From Octopus vulgaris (lineage: Eukaryota), in NCBI GenBank assembly GCA_951406725.2, contig OX597819.1, positions 25,130,001 through 25,192,000 on the forward strand: a DNA stretch of 62,000 bases, in the 5' to 3' direction. Shown here piece by piece: positions 51,653 to 62,000 of the stretch. Both the position numbers and the translations under genes were made by a program. Numbering within the stretch: position 1 is the first letter of the stretch; each line of letters starts with the position of its first letter. Under the pieces are notes generated by a model that worked only from the letters and a program-made list of their open reading frames with translations, made no database searches and had not been told where the DNA came from.

Positions 51653-53609
51653 TTTTGTCATTTGTTTTTCTTTAATCAGTGTCTGTCAATTGGCTGAGTT
51701 CACTTATTGAATTATGTCTCTTTAAGTAGTTTCCTTCTCTTCGGAAGTAAATATGCTAAACAATTTACACATATTCACAGCAATATACACAGATACAGTT
51801 TCTCTTCACCAAATTTTATTGACAGGGCATTGGTCACTCTCAGGCTACGGTAGAAGACACTGTCTTGTAGGATTGAACATGAGTCCAATGTGATTGCTTA
51901 AACATACAGGGATATCTACAACATCATCATTGTTGTTTTAACATCCACTTTTCCATTGAAATCAGACAGAATTTGCTAATGAGGTTTTCTGTTGCTTTCC
52001 TGTTGCCAAAAACTCATTTGTTTCCAAGTAAAGTAACACATTCCTGTACAAAGGATTCTGCTTTATGACAGTGATGCTTGTTTACAATTATTGCATGATG
52101 TCCATACAAGGAGATACACATACACAGATACACATTACACGTGTTTGTGTGTTTAAGCAGTGGTGTGGTTGAAAAGCATTTCCCCATACCATGTGCTTTT
52201 GGGTATAGTCCCAAAGTGCCGCACCTTAGGTGTCTTCTGCTGTAACCTTGGGCCAATCAAAGCCTTGTGAGTGGATTTGATAGATGTATGTCTGTATCTG
52301 TGTTTATGTATATCTTTGTATATACATCATGTAATGATTGTAAATGAGTGTCATCATAAAACAAGTGAGATTGTTTGTTTCCAGTCTTCTGTGAAAGCAT
52401 GTTTAACTATAAGAAAGTATTATATTACTTGGAGATAGGTGGGTGTTGGTAACATGAAGGACATCTGACTATAAAATATCTGTCTCAAAGAAATGATATC
52501 TGATCCATGCTTGTGTGGCAAAGTGGATATTAGATGATGACAATAATTATGTGCATATATATGACTGGCTTCTTTCAGTTTCCATCTACCATATCTACTT
52601 ATGAGGCCATAGCAGAGGACACTTTTCCAAGTGGAGCAGAACACAAAACCATGTTATTCCATAGTAAACTCTATCTAGAAATCTAAGCCTGTATTAATAT
52701 CATTACAAATTAGTATTATTTTTTTTTTGTCTTCATATCAAAAGCTGAAGAGATAAGTTTCTGACTATTTATCTGTCTGTACATACATATTCATCTTATA
52801 TTGATATTGTGAGCTTCTGGTCATCTTGATTGAGCAGATCTATAGATATTTGAGCCATGACCACCCCATACATCTGTTTATCAAGAACTATGTTCTCTAA
52901 TGTGTTCTTCCATTTTTAAGATGACTGGTTGACTTGCATTCATTTTATGTTTATTTTACACTGCTTCAGACCCTTATAGGGATCTCCATTCCAAAAGGCA
53001 CACACATACACTCAAGCACATTAGAAAACTTTCAGTTTTGTAACTTGCACTCTCTCTCTCTTACACACACACACAGACATACACATATATGCATTTAGAT
53101 ACATACACATCAAAACACACAAAGAGATAAACACACAAACACACTCATTTATATGTATATGCACACATGCATATACATACATTTGCACTCATTCACACAC
53201 AAATATACATGCGTTCTTCATTTAAGATCCCTGTCTAGCTAGTCCTTGAGAAATATGTACAAAGAATGACTGCTAGAATTACAGTTAGCCAATACTCTAG
53301 TTAAGACTCTGATTTAGGTCTAGAATTTTAGCTTGATATGCAAGGTTTTAATTACACACTCATCATGTCTAGCACACATCCAAACACATATGCATTTCTA
53401 CATGCTCTCTTTCTTCCTTTCTCTCTCTCTCTCTCTCACACATGCATACATACACAGGCACAAACACAAATGTCCTCATACAAAATTCACATCTTCCACA
53501 TATCTGTTTAGAAATTCATATAGAATATGTGTGTGTGTATGTGCATACATATGAATTTAAACATATACATGTGTGTATATGTATGCATAGCTCTCATATA
53601 CTCTCTTCT

Positions 53610-53643
<34 letters not shown>

Positions 53644-53786
53644 TGCACGCTCACACACACGCAGAAACATAGATATGAGGTCTATTATCTTATATAATAA
53701 AACAGACTCCAATCTGATCTGGCAGTGTTTCTACAGCTGGATGCCCTTCCTAATGCCAACCACTCTGTGAGTGTATTGGGTGCTTT

Positions 53787-53960
53787 TATTTGACTGCGGC
53801 CATGCTGGAGCACCGCCTTTAGTTGAGCAAATCGACCCCGGGACTTATTCTTTGTAAGCCCAGTACTTATTCTATCGGTCTCTTTTGCCGAACCGCTGAG
53901 TGACGGGGACGTAAACACACCAGCATTGGTTGTCAAGCAATGCTAGGGGGACAAACACTA

Positions 53961-53991
<31 letters not shown>

Positions 53992-54170
53992 CATATATAC
54001 ACATATACGACAGGCTTCTTTCAGTTTCCATCTACCAAATCCACTCACAAGGCATTGGTCGGCCCGGAGCTATAGCAGAAGACACTTGCCCAAGATGCCA
54101 CGCAGTGGGACTGAACCCAGAACCATGTGGTTGGTTAGCAAGCTACTTACCACACAGCCACTCCTGCACC
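53787..54170 (-). mobile_element. SINE family A, lacking its own tail
   Basis: Reverse copy joined directly to an RTE-type 3' fragment. Confidence 0.85.
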
Positions 54171-54663
54171 TATATATATATACATATATTCACATAAACA
54201 TCTACATGATCAAATGTATGTACAGCCTATGTGTACACACATCTAATAATGATGATGGTAGTTTCTCATAGTCTGAGAAAGACAGCTCTGCAGTTTATTG
54301 CTGGGCAACCTGCACAGATGATTTGTCTATAGTGATGAAATGCATATGCTGTAGATTAGCTCACTCCTTCCATCAAATTGACATTTTTTGAACAGGTGCA
54401 CAGTGTACAATGCATCAGGTGTTGAAGTGATTGCAGGGAAACACGAAATGAAGTGTTTTACTCAAAATCACAATGCTCCACCCAGTCAGGAATTGAAACT
54501 ATGATCTTGTGATCATGATTGCAACACTCTCCAACCACTAGCTCATACACCCTTAACAACCATAACTAAAATATACTTATTACTCACCACCATCACACAT
54601 ATACAACTGTTATATCTTACGTATACATAATTCATCCCACACATTTACATAGACACATATATA

Positions 54664-55039
54664 GGTGTAAGAGTGGCTGTGTGGTAAGTAGCTTGCTTAT
54701 GACCCACATGGTTCCAGGTTCAGTCCTACTGTGTGGCACCTTGGGCAAGTATCTTCTACTATAACCTCGGGCTGACCAAAGCCTTGTGAGTGGATTTGGT
54801 AGACGGAGACTGAAAGAAGCCCGTCGTATATATGTATATATATATGTGTGTGCGTGTGTATGTTTGTGTGTCTATGTTTGTCCCCTCGCCATCGCTTCAC
54901 AACCGATGCTGGTGTGTTTACATCCCCGTAACTTAGCAGTTCAGCAAAAGAGACTGATAGAAGTACTAGGCTTACAAAGAATAAGTCCTGGGGTCGATTT
55001 GCTGGCCGCAGTCAAATGAATGAAACAAGTAAAAGAGTA
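54664..55039 (+). mobile_element. SINE family A
   Basis: Copy with a short deletion near the 3' end. Confidence 0.85.
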
Positions 55040-55089
55040 TAGTCTTATAGATATAGGATAAGTTCAGCTATTTGCACAATATACAAATA

Positions 55090-55503
55090 GGCGCAGGAGT
55101 GGCTGTGTGGTAAGTAGCTTGTTTACCAACCACATGGTTCCGGGTTCAGTCCCACTGCATGGCACCTTGGGTAAGTGTCTTCTACTATAGCCTCGGGCCG
55201 ACCAAAGCCTTGTGAGTGGATTTGGTAGACGGAAACTGAAAGAAGCCCGTCGTATATATGTATGTATATGTATGTGCGTGTATGTTTGTGTGTCTGTGTT
55301 TGTCCCCCTAGCATTGCTTGACAACCGATGGTGGTGTGTTTATGTCACCATCACTTAGCAGTTCGGCAAAAGAGACCGATAGAATAAGTACTGGGCTTAC
55401 AAAAGAATAAGTCCTGGGGTCGAGTTGCTCGACTAAAGGCGGTGCCCCAGCATGGCTGCAGTCAAATGACTGAAACAAGTAAAAGAGTAAAGAGTAAAAG
55501 AGT
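55090..55503 (+). mobile_element. SINE family A
   Basis: Full-length copy. Confidence 0.88.
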
Positions 55504-56097
55504 TTTTACACACAAGAAACAGTCACAAGTACATTCACATATAATTACACAAGTACACAATCTGTAATACTCACAGTACAGAAAAATCTCTTCTAAATTC
55601 TCTGCTCTCCCTTTCTCTACTTGATTCTTTTTACAATCACTGTCCTTTTTTTTGTTAATATTCCTCTCTTTTTCTTTTTTTCTGTTTTCTTCTACTTTTC
55701 CCCCCCCTCTCTCATCCCCTTTTTTCTGTTTCTGTTTCTCAATCCAGTACCTACATCTCTTTAATCACTCTTTATTTCAACCTGCTTTCCCTGCAGGCTG
55801 CTCAATAACATCACCAACTAATCATTGAGCTGCTGTCCCAGATAAAATAGTTGGTTTAGTATCATTTCCAAGATAAAGGTTAACAGAGAAATAGAGAACC
55901 ACACAAACACACTCACACACACACTACACTGTACCACACTATACACACACACTCATATGGAGTAAGGCTTAGGAGCAGGTTCTATCATTCCAAAATGAAA
56001 TTGGTAGATTGATACCCAGGCTATTACAAGAACTGGCTGTGAATTTATAATTGCTTAGCTTATTATCTATCAGTATACAATTTCTATTTCGAATATC

Positions 56098-56264
56098 AGG
56101 AGTGGCTGTGTGGTAAGTAGCTTGCTTACCAACCACATGGTTCCGGGTTCAGTTCCACTGCGTGGCACCTTGGGCAAGTGTCTTCTACTATAGCCTTGGG
56201 CCGACCAAAGCCTTGTGAATGGATTTGGTAGACGGAAACTGAAAGAAGCCCGTCGTATATATGC

Positions 56265-56300
<36 letters not shown>

Positions 56301-56520
56301 ATATGTTTGTGCGTCTGTGTTGTCCCCCCAACATCGCTTGACAACCGATGCTTGTGTGTTTACGTCCCCGTAACTTAGCAGTTCGGCAAAAGAGAAGACC
56401 GATAAAATAAGTAGTAGGCTTACAAAGAATAAGTCATGGGGTCGATTTGGTCGACTGAAGGTGGTACTCCAGCATGGCCGCAGTCATATGACTGAAACAA
56501 GTAAAAGAGAGTAAAGAGTA
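56098..56520 (+). mobile_element. SINE family A
   Basis: Near full-length copy. Confidence 0.86.
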
Positions 56521-56639
56521 TACATCTATAATTTTATAGTTAACTTAAACTTAGATAAACTTGGTTAAATATTTCTACCAGGTTGAGCTAACATGCAGAA
56601 GCTCTCTTATTGGTTCACACAAACTCTACTCTATCTATC

Positions 56640-56687
<48 letters not shown>

Positions 56688-56855
56688 CATGAACAAGCAA
56701 ATGAAGAAAGAAAACACTGCATTTGAAGATGAGTTGGGTGTGTACTAATAAAAATATAAATATTTAAATACTAAAGCTTTTGATGCATTAAGCTTACTGT
56801 TACCACTATCCTATTTATGATGTTTAGTTAATTATATATATATATATACACACAC

Positions 56856-56890
<35 letters not shown>

Positions 56891-57290
56891 ACTTACAAAC
56901 ACTATATTTTGATTAATCATTCTCATTATGAGATTTAGTTAATTATGCATAAATGTTTTGATTAACCATTCTCATTATGAGGTTTTAGTTAATTAAACAT
57001 ATTTGCATTAAGTATCTTCATTTATTATACATGCATGACACTTTGATTAAATGTTGCTATTATGATTAGTTAATTATGCATATATTAATGGAGCTGTGTC
57101 ATCAAAAGTAATAACAGCTTTATTGTTACTCTAATCATTTTTTTACTCCAACTCCAATTTTGATTTGCCCACTCATTTTCCCCTCTAAGTGTGATAACTC
57201 AACCTTTTACTAACATTAATTTTACTTCTCTTACTGCCACTCCCTCACATGCTCTTTTTTTGTCATTTGATAATATCCTACTTCAACACA

Positions 57291-57680
57291 GTAGAGGCGC
57301 AATGGCTCAGTGGTTAGGGCAGCAGACTCGCGGTCATAGGATCGCGGTTTCGATTCCCAGACCGGGCATTGTGAGTGTTTATTGAGCGAAAACACCTAAA
57401 AAGCTCCACGAGGCTCCGGCAGGGGATGGTGGTGATTCCTGCTGTACTCTTTCACCACAACTTTCTCTCACTCTTACTTCCTGTTTCTGTTGTACCTGTA
57501 TTTCAAAGGGCCGGCCTTGTCACTCTCTGTGTCACGCTGAATATCCCCGAGAACTACGTTAAGGGTACACGTCTCTGTGGAGTGCTCAGCCACTTAGACG
57601 TTAATTTCACGAGCAGGCTGTTCCGCTGATTCGGATCAACCGGAACCCTCATCGTCGTAACTGACGGAGTGCTTCCATCC
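57291..57680 (+). mobile_element. tRNA(Arg)-like SINE, family C (390 bp), young copy
   Basis: GGCGCAATGGCTCAGTGGTTAG A-box, GGTTTCGATTCC B-box, exact 11-bp TSD acttcaacaca (57280-57290, 57681-57691), CpG-rich, tccatcc tail. Confidence 0.88.
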
Positions 57681-57847
57681 ACTTCAACACAATCCCATTA
57701 GTATGACAGCACTGCAACTCAGAGGCTAATTATTCTACATAGACAATATATTTTGATTAACCATTGTTATTAGGATGTTTAGTCAATTTACACATATATG
57801 ATATACTTGATTTTGATTTGTTTTCTTTACTATTCTCTTTCTTGTAG

Positions 57848-58021
57848 CACATGGTGGATGGACTCCATGGTCTGCTTGGACATCCTGTTCTCAGACGTGT
57901 AATAGTGGTGTTAGATCTCGCACACGTACCTGTGGGAATCCGGCCCCACTGCATGGAGGACGTGATTGTGAGGGGTCCCCCAAGCAGGAGGAATACTGTC
58001 CTGGAAATCCACGTTGTCCTT
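57848..58021 (+). CDS. Sema5: Semaphorin-5-like exon, TSP1 repeat 2: HGGWTPWSAWTSCSQTCNSGVRSRTRTCGNPAPLHGGRDCEGSPKQEEYCPGNPRCP
   Basis: ttgtag acceptor, gtaagt donor, 174 nt symmetric phase 1; WTPWSAW and CSQTC motifs. Confidence 0.97.
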
Positions 58022-58076
58022 GTAAGTAAAGCACTAATCTTTTGATACTTATCTTCTTACCTTTAGGACTTTTCCT

Positions 58077-58323
58077 TTTACTTTTACTTGTTTCAGTCAT
58101 TTGACTGTGGCCATGCTGGAGCACCGCCTTTAGTCGAGCAAATCAACCCCAGGACTAATTCTTTGGAAGCCTAGTACTTGTTCTATCGGTCTCTTTTGTC
58201 AAATCACTAAGTTACGGGGGACGTAAACACACCACCATCGGTTGTCAAGTGATGCTGGGAGACAAACACAGACGCACAAACATACACACACACACACACA
58301 CACATATATACATATACATACAT

Positions 58324-58372
<49 letters not shown>

Positions 58373-58673
58373 CCTGCTTGCTTAGCCAGCAGGGGTGGCT
58401 TCATTTGAAGGCTAAAACAATGCGAAGCGCATTGTGACCAGCGATGTGTAGCAACATCTGATAGCCTGGTCGGTAACGGTGATCACGGTGATATATATAT
58501 ATATATATATATATATACGACTGGCTTCTTTCAGTTTCCATCTACCAAATCTTCACAAGGCTTTGGTTGGCCTGAGGCTATAGTAGAAGACACTTGCCCA
58601 AGGTGCCACGCAGTATGAATGAACCTGGAATCATGAGGTTGGTAAGCAAGCTACTTACCACGCAGCCACTCCT
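58077..58673 (-). mobile_element. SINE family A with a nested insert in its microsatellite
   Basis: Reverse copy starting about 55 nt after the TSP1-2 donor; interrupted at 58371-58491. Confidence 0.85.
58371..58491 (+). other. Highly structured 120-nt insert (pseudoknot + two hairpins) nested in a SINE microsatellite
   Basis: CCTGC/GCAGG, TTAGCC/GGCTAA, ACAATGCG/CGCATTGT, GACCAG/CTGGTC, GATGT/ACATC pairings read directly. Confidence 0.55.
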
Positions 58674-59084
58674 ATATATATTCCTACATGTATATGCAGG
58701 TGTTTGTGTGGGTGCAATCATAACTGTGTGGTTATGAAATCCCCACCATAGCCACATATTTTGGCTTCAGTCATACTGCACAGCACCTTAAGCATTTGTC
58801 TTTTACTGTGGCAGACCAATGCCTTGTGAATAGATTTGGTGGAAAGAAGCTTTTCAAAAGTGCTTTATCTGTGTGTGTGCGTGCGCATATGTCAGTCACA
58901 ACTTGTATGTCAGTCACAACTTGACAATAAGTGTTGGTTTGTAAGCAAAATAAACTAATAGAACAAACATCAAACTTATAATAAAGACTGGGATTGATTT
59001 CTTCAACTAAACCCTTCAAAGTAGAATTCCAACTTGGCTGCTGTCCAATGACTGAAACAAGTAAAGAATTCATATATGTATATA

Positions 59085-59244
59085 GGCACAGGCATGGCTG
59101 TATGGTAAGTAGCTTGCTTACCAACCACATGGTTCTGGGTTCAGTCCCACTGTGTGGCACCTTGGACAAGTGTCTTCTACTATACCTTTGGTCCAACCAA
59201 AGCTTTGTGAGTGGATTTGGTAGATGGAAACTGAAAGAAACCTT

Positions 59245-59306
<62 letters not shown>

Positions 59307-59500
59307 TTCTGTGTTTGTGATTTTCCCCCCACCATCACATGACAATTGATGTTAGTGTGTTTACTTTCACCTAACTTAGCGGTTTGGCAAAAGAGACTGA
59401 TAGAATAAATACTAGGCTTATAAGTCTTGGGGTCGATTTGTTTGACGAAAGGCGGTGCTCCAACATGGCTGCAGTCAAATGACTGAAACAAATAAAAAAA
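59085..59500 (+). mobile_element. SINE family A (diverged)
   Basis: Full-length diverged copy; an older copy lies at about 58705-59068. Confidence 0.8.
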
Positions 59501-59522
59501 TATATATGGAGTGATGTATGTA

Positions 59523-59912
59523 TATTCTCTTTTACTCTTTTACTTGTTTCAGTCATTTGACTGTGGCCATGCTGGAGCACCGCCTTTAGTCGAGCAAATC
59601 GACCCCGGGACTTATTCTTTGTAAGCCCAGTACTTATTCTATTGGTCTCTTTTGCTGAACCGCTAAGTGACGGGGACGTAAACTCACCAGCATCGGTTGT
59701 CAAGCAATGCTAGAGGGACAAACACAGACACACAAACACACACACATACATATATATGACAAGCTTCTTTCAGTTTCTGTCTACCAAATACACTCACAAG
59801 GCATTGGTCGGCCCGGGGCTATAGCAGAAGGCACTTGCCCAAGATGCCACGCAGTGGGACTGAACCCGGAACCATGTGGTTGGTTAGCAAACTACTTACC
59901 ACACAGCCACTC
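59523..59912 (-). mobile_element. SINE family A
   Basis: Reverse copy, tail-to-tail with the 59085 copy. Confidence 0.86.
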
Positions 59913-60469
59913 CAATATATGCTGAGTATAAAAAGCACTATAACTGGAGCACAACCACAGATTTACAATATAGAATATGATGAATTATGATCTCAGACTC
60001 TGGCACAAGAATGCATGGTTTTCTTTACTAATTTAAACAATATTGTTAGCCTAGTGTAGAGAGAGAGCTTATAAAATATTTTGCTCAGATTGATAATCCC
60101 TCACTAATAACTATGTATGTGCATATGTATAAATATTATCCTTTTCTTTTCCCTCTCTTTTTTTCCTCTCCCTCTCTCTGTCTCAATTTTTTATTTTTTC
60201 TCTAATTTGGCAACATGAGTGTTTTTCAATGTGTTGTTGAATCTCTTGCTACATTATTATTAACCATGGCAGGATGTCATTAGGCAAAGTTTTCAGAAAC
60301 GGTGCTGTTTGACATATATATAAGTATATATAAAACACCACCAATACACACACACACACACAAGCCTGTTTAAATGTTTGCAACAAGGTTACAATAGTCA
60401 TTGTGATTAGTGTTTTTTTGGCTTCTTCTTCCATTTCTACTAATGATGTCCTTCCATTCTTTGAGACTT

Positions 60470-60780
60470 GTTTGTTTCTTTACATTCAGGCGTATTCATA
60501 CCATCTCCATCATTCATTCATTCATCATCGCCCACCTCTCTTTCTCCTAAACATTTTCTCTTCCACCCACTCACATTTCTTCCATCCACCTTCTTTTCCA
60601 TATCTCCTCTCACTCACCCTCCTATTTAATCTCTTGTTCACCCTCTTTCTATCTCTCGATTTCTCTTACTTATCCTCACTCTTTCTGTTTCCCTCTCTTC
60701 TCTTTCTACCTCTCTCTTCCTTTTCTCATCTTTTGTCCTTTACTCTCATCCTCTCTCTCGCTCTCTCTCTCTCTCTCTAA
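60470..60780. repeat. CT-rich polypyrimidine tract
   Basis: Direct reading. Confidence 0.85.
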
Positions 60781-61084
60781 TATGCAAGAGCATATTAGTT
60801 TCATCATTATCTTGCCACCACACACTGCTTCATCTTTTCTTGGGTTGAACGCTTAGCAGCATTTCGTCCATCTTTACATTCTGAGTTCAAATTCTGCTGA
60901 GGTCAAATTTGTCTTTTATCCTTTCGGAGTCAATTAAATAAGTTTCAGTCGAACACTGGAGTTGTTGTAATTGGTTTAGCACATACTTCAAAATTGCTGG
61001 CCTTGTGCCAAAATTTAAAATCATTATACACCTTACAACATACACAACCCTAACACGCTCTTTACTTTCTCTTTACTTACACAG

Positions 61085-61264
61085 ATAGCCCTATCAATGG
61101 CCAGTGGTCAATGTGGTCCTCATGGGCTGGATGCTCAGAGCGATGTTATGGAGGAGTTCAAACAAGACGCCGTAACTGTGACAACCCACCGCCAAAACAC
61201 AAGGGCTTACCTTGTATTGGAAATGAACAGGAATGGCGTATGTGCAATAAACATAACTGTGATG
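61085..61264 (+). CDS. Sema5: Semaphorin-5-like exon, TSP1 repeat 3: SPINGQWSMWSSWAGCSERCYGGVQTRRRNCDNPPPKHKGLPCIGNEQEWRMCNKHNCD
   Basis: tacacag acceptor, G|gtaagt donor, 180 nt symmetric phase 1; gene continues past the window. Confidence 0.96.
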
Positions 61265-62000
61265 GTAAGTATAGTCCTCATCATGGCTATTATTATCTTC
61301 ATTATCATCATCATCTTTATCTATACCAACAACAAATGCAAGAAACAACTACATATTAGACTGACTTGCTAGAAGTAGCTGTTAAAATTTCCCTCAGATC
61401 AAACCCTGTTAATTATAAAGAAGTAAGAATTCAACTGACGTTGAGGTCACTGGTATTCAAAAATTATTGAATGGTGAAAGCTGAAATGCCTTGGATTTTA
61501 GGTCTACTCAGTCGAGAGGGTAACATGAGACTTAATGATGAGAACAACAACAAAGGCAGGTCACATTGCGCAATGTATCCTAGATACACTATGAAAGAAA
61601 AAAGATGGTGTGGTTAATTCCCTTATATTTGTATATAATATTCTCTTTAATTTTGCAACATATTTGATCATAATTCTACTCAATCTTCATGGGTTGATCA
61701 AATAAAGTACCAGTCAAGTATTGGGGGGGGGGATTTAATTGAGTAACCCCCTCATCCCAAAGTTCTCGCCTCATGCTTTTATAAGAAATATATTTTATTC
61801 TCTTATATTCCTTTATTGCTTTATAGCTATATCATATTCCCTCATTGCATTCCTTTATTCCTTTATAAATGTAATATTCTCTTACTTTAACCCTTTTGTT
61901 ACCAACCCGGCTGAAACCGGCTCTGACTTTGTAGTACAAATGTCTTGTTTTTAAAAGTTCTGAATTAAAATCTTCCACCAAACCTTTAGTCACAATTATG

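Noticed and set aside
55780-55880. ctttccctgcag acceptor after a long CT tract, considered as an extra TSP1 exon
   Set aside because: Stop codon within 11 codons in the required phase, no TSP1 motif, and exons 44475 and 57848 already join in frame.
57295-57367. tRNA-like sequence considered as a tRNA gene
   Set aside because: Acceptor and anticodon stems do not pair properly, no terminator follows, and it continues into a SINE body bounded by a TSD.

Overview
AT-rich, microsatellite-dense metazoan genomic DNA, most likely an octopus (inferred from the repeat types; not verified). The window holds 15 internal coding exons (2025 nt, 675 codons, continuous frame, all GT-AG) of a + strand class-5 semaphorin: Sema domain, PSI domain and three TSP1 repeats. 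The signal-peptide exon and the 3' exons were not found in the window. The introns are packed with mobile DNA: at least four tRNA-derived SINE types, non-autonomous Helitrons (including a perfect head-to-tail dimer), a (TAA)n-targeted non-LTR element, RTE and CR1 3' fragments, a deleted mariner, a Tigger/pogo remnant and several hairpin MITEs. The most interesting unexplained signals are RNA-structural: two degenerate minimal hammerhead-ribozyme folds in Penelope-like units inside (TA)n tracts, a pseudoknot plus two hairpins nested in a SINE microsatellite, long inverted repeats bracketing exons (possible ADAR or back-splicing substrates), and a candidate poison exon. Nearly all ORFs in the supplied track are microsatellite or repeat artefacts. 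Repeat boundaries were read by eye and may be off by a few bases.
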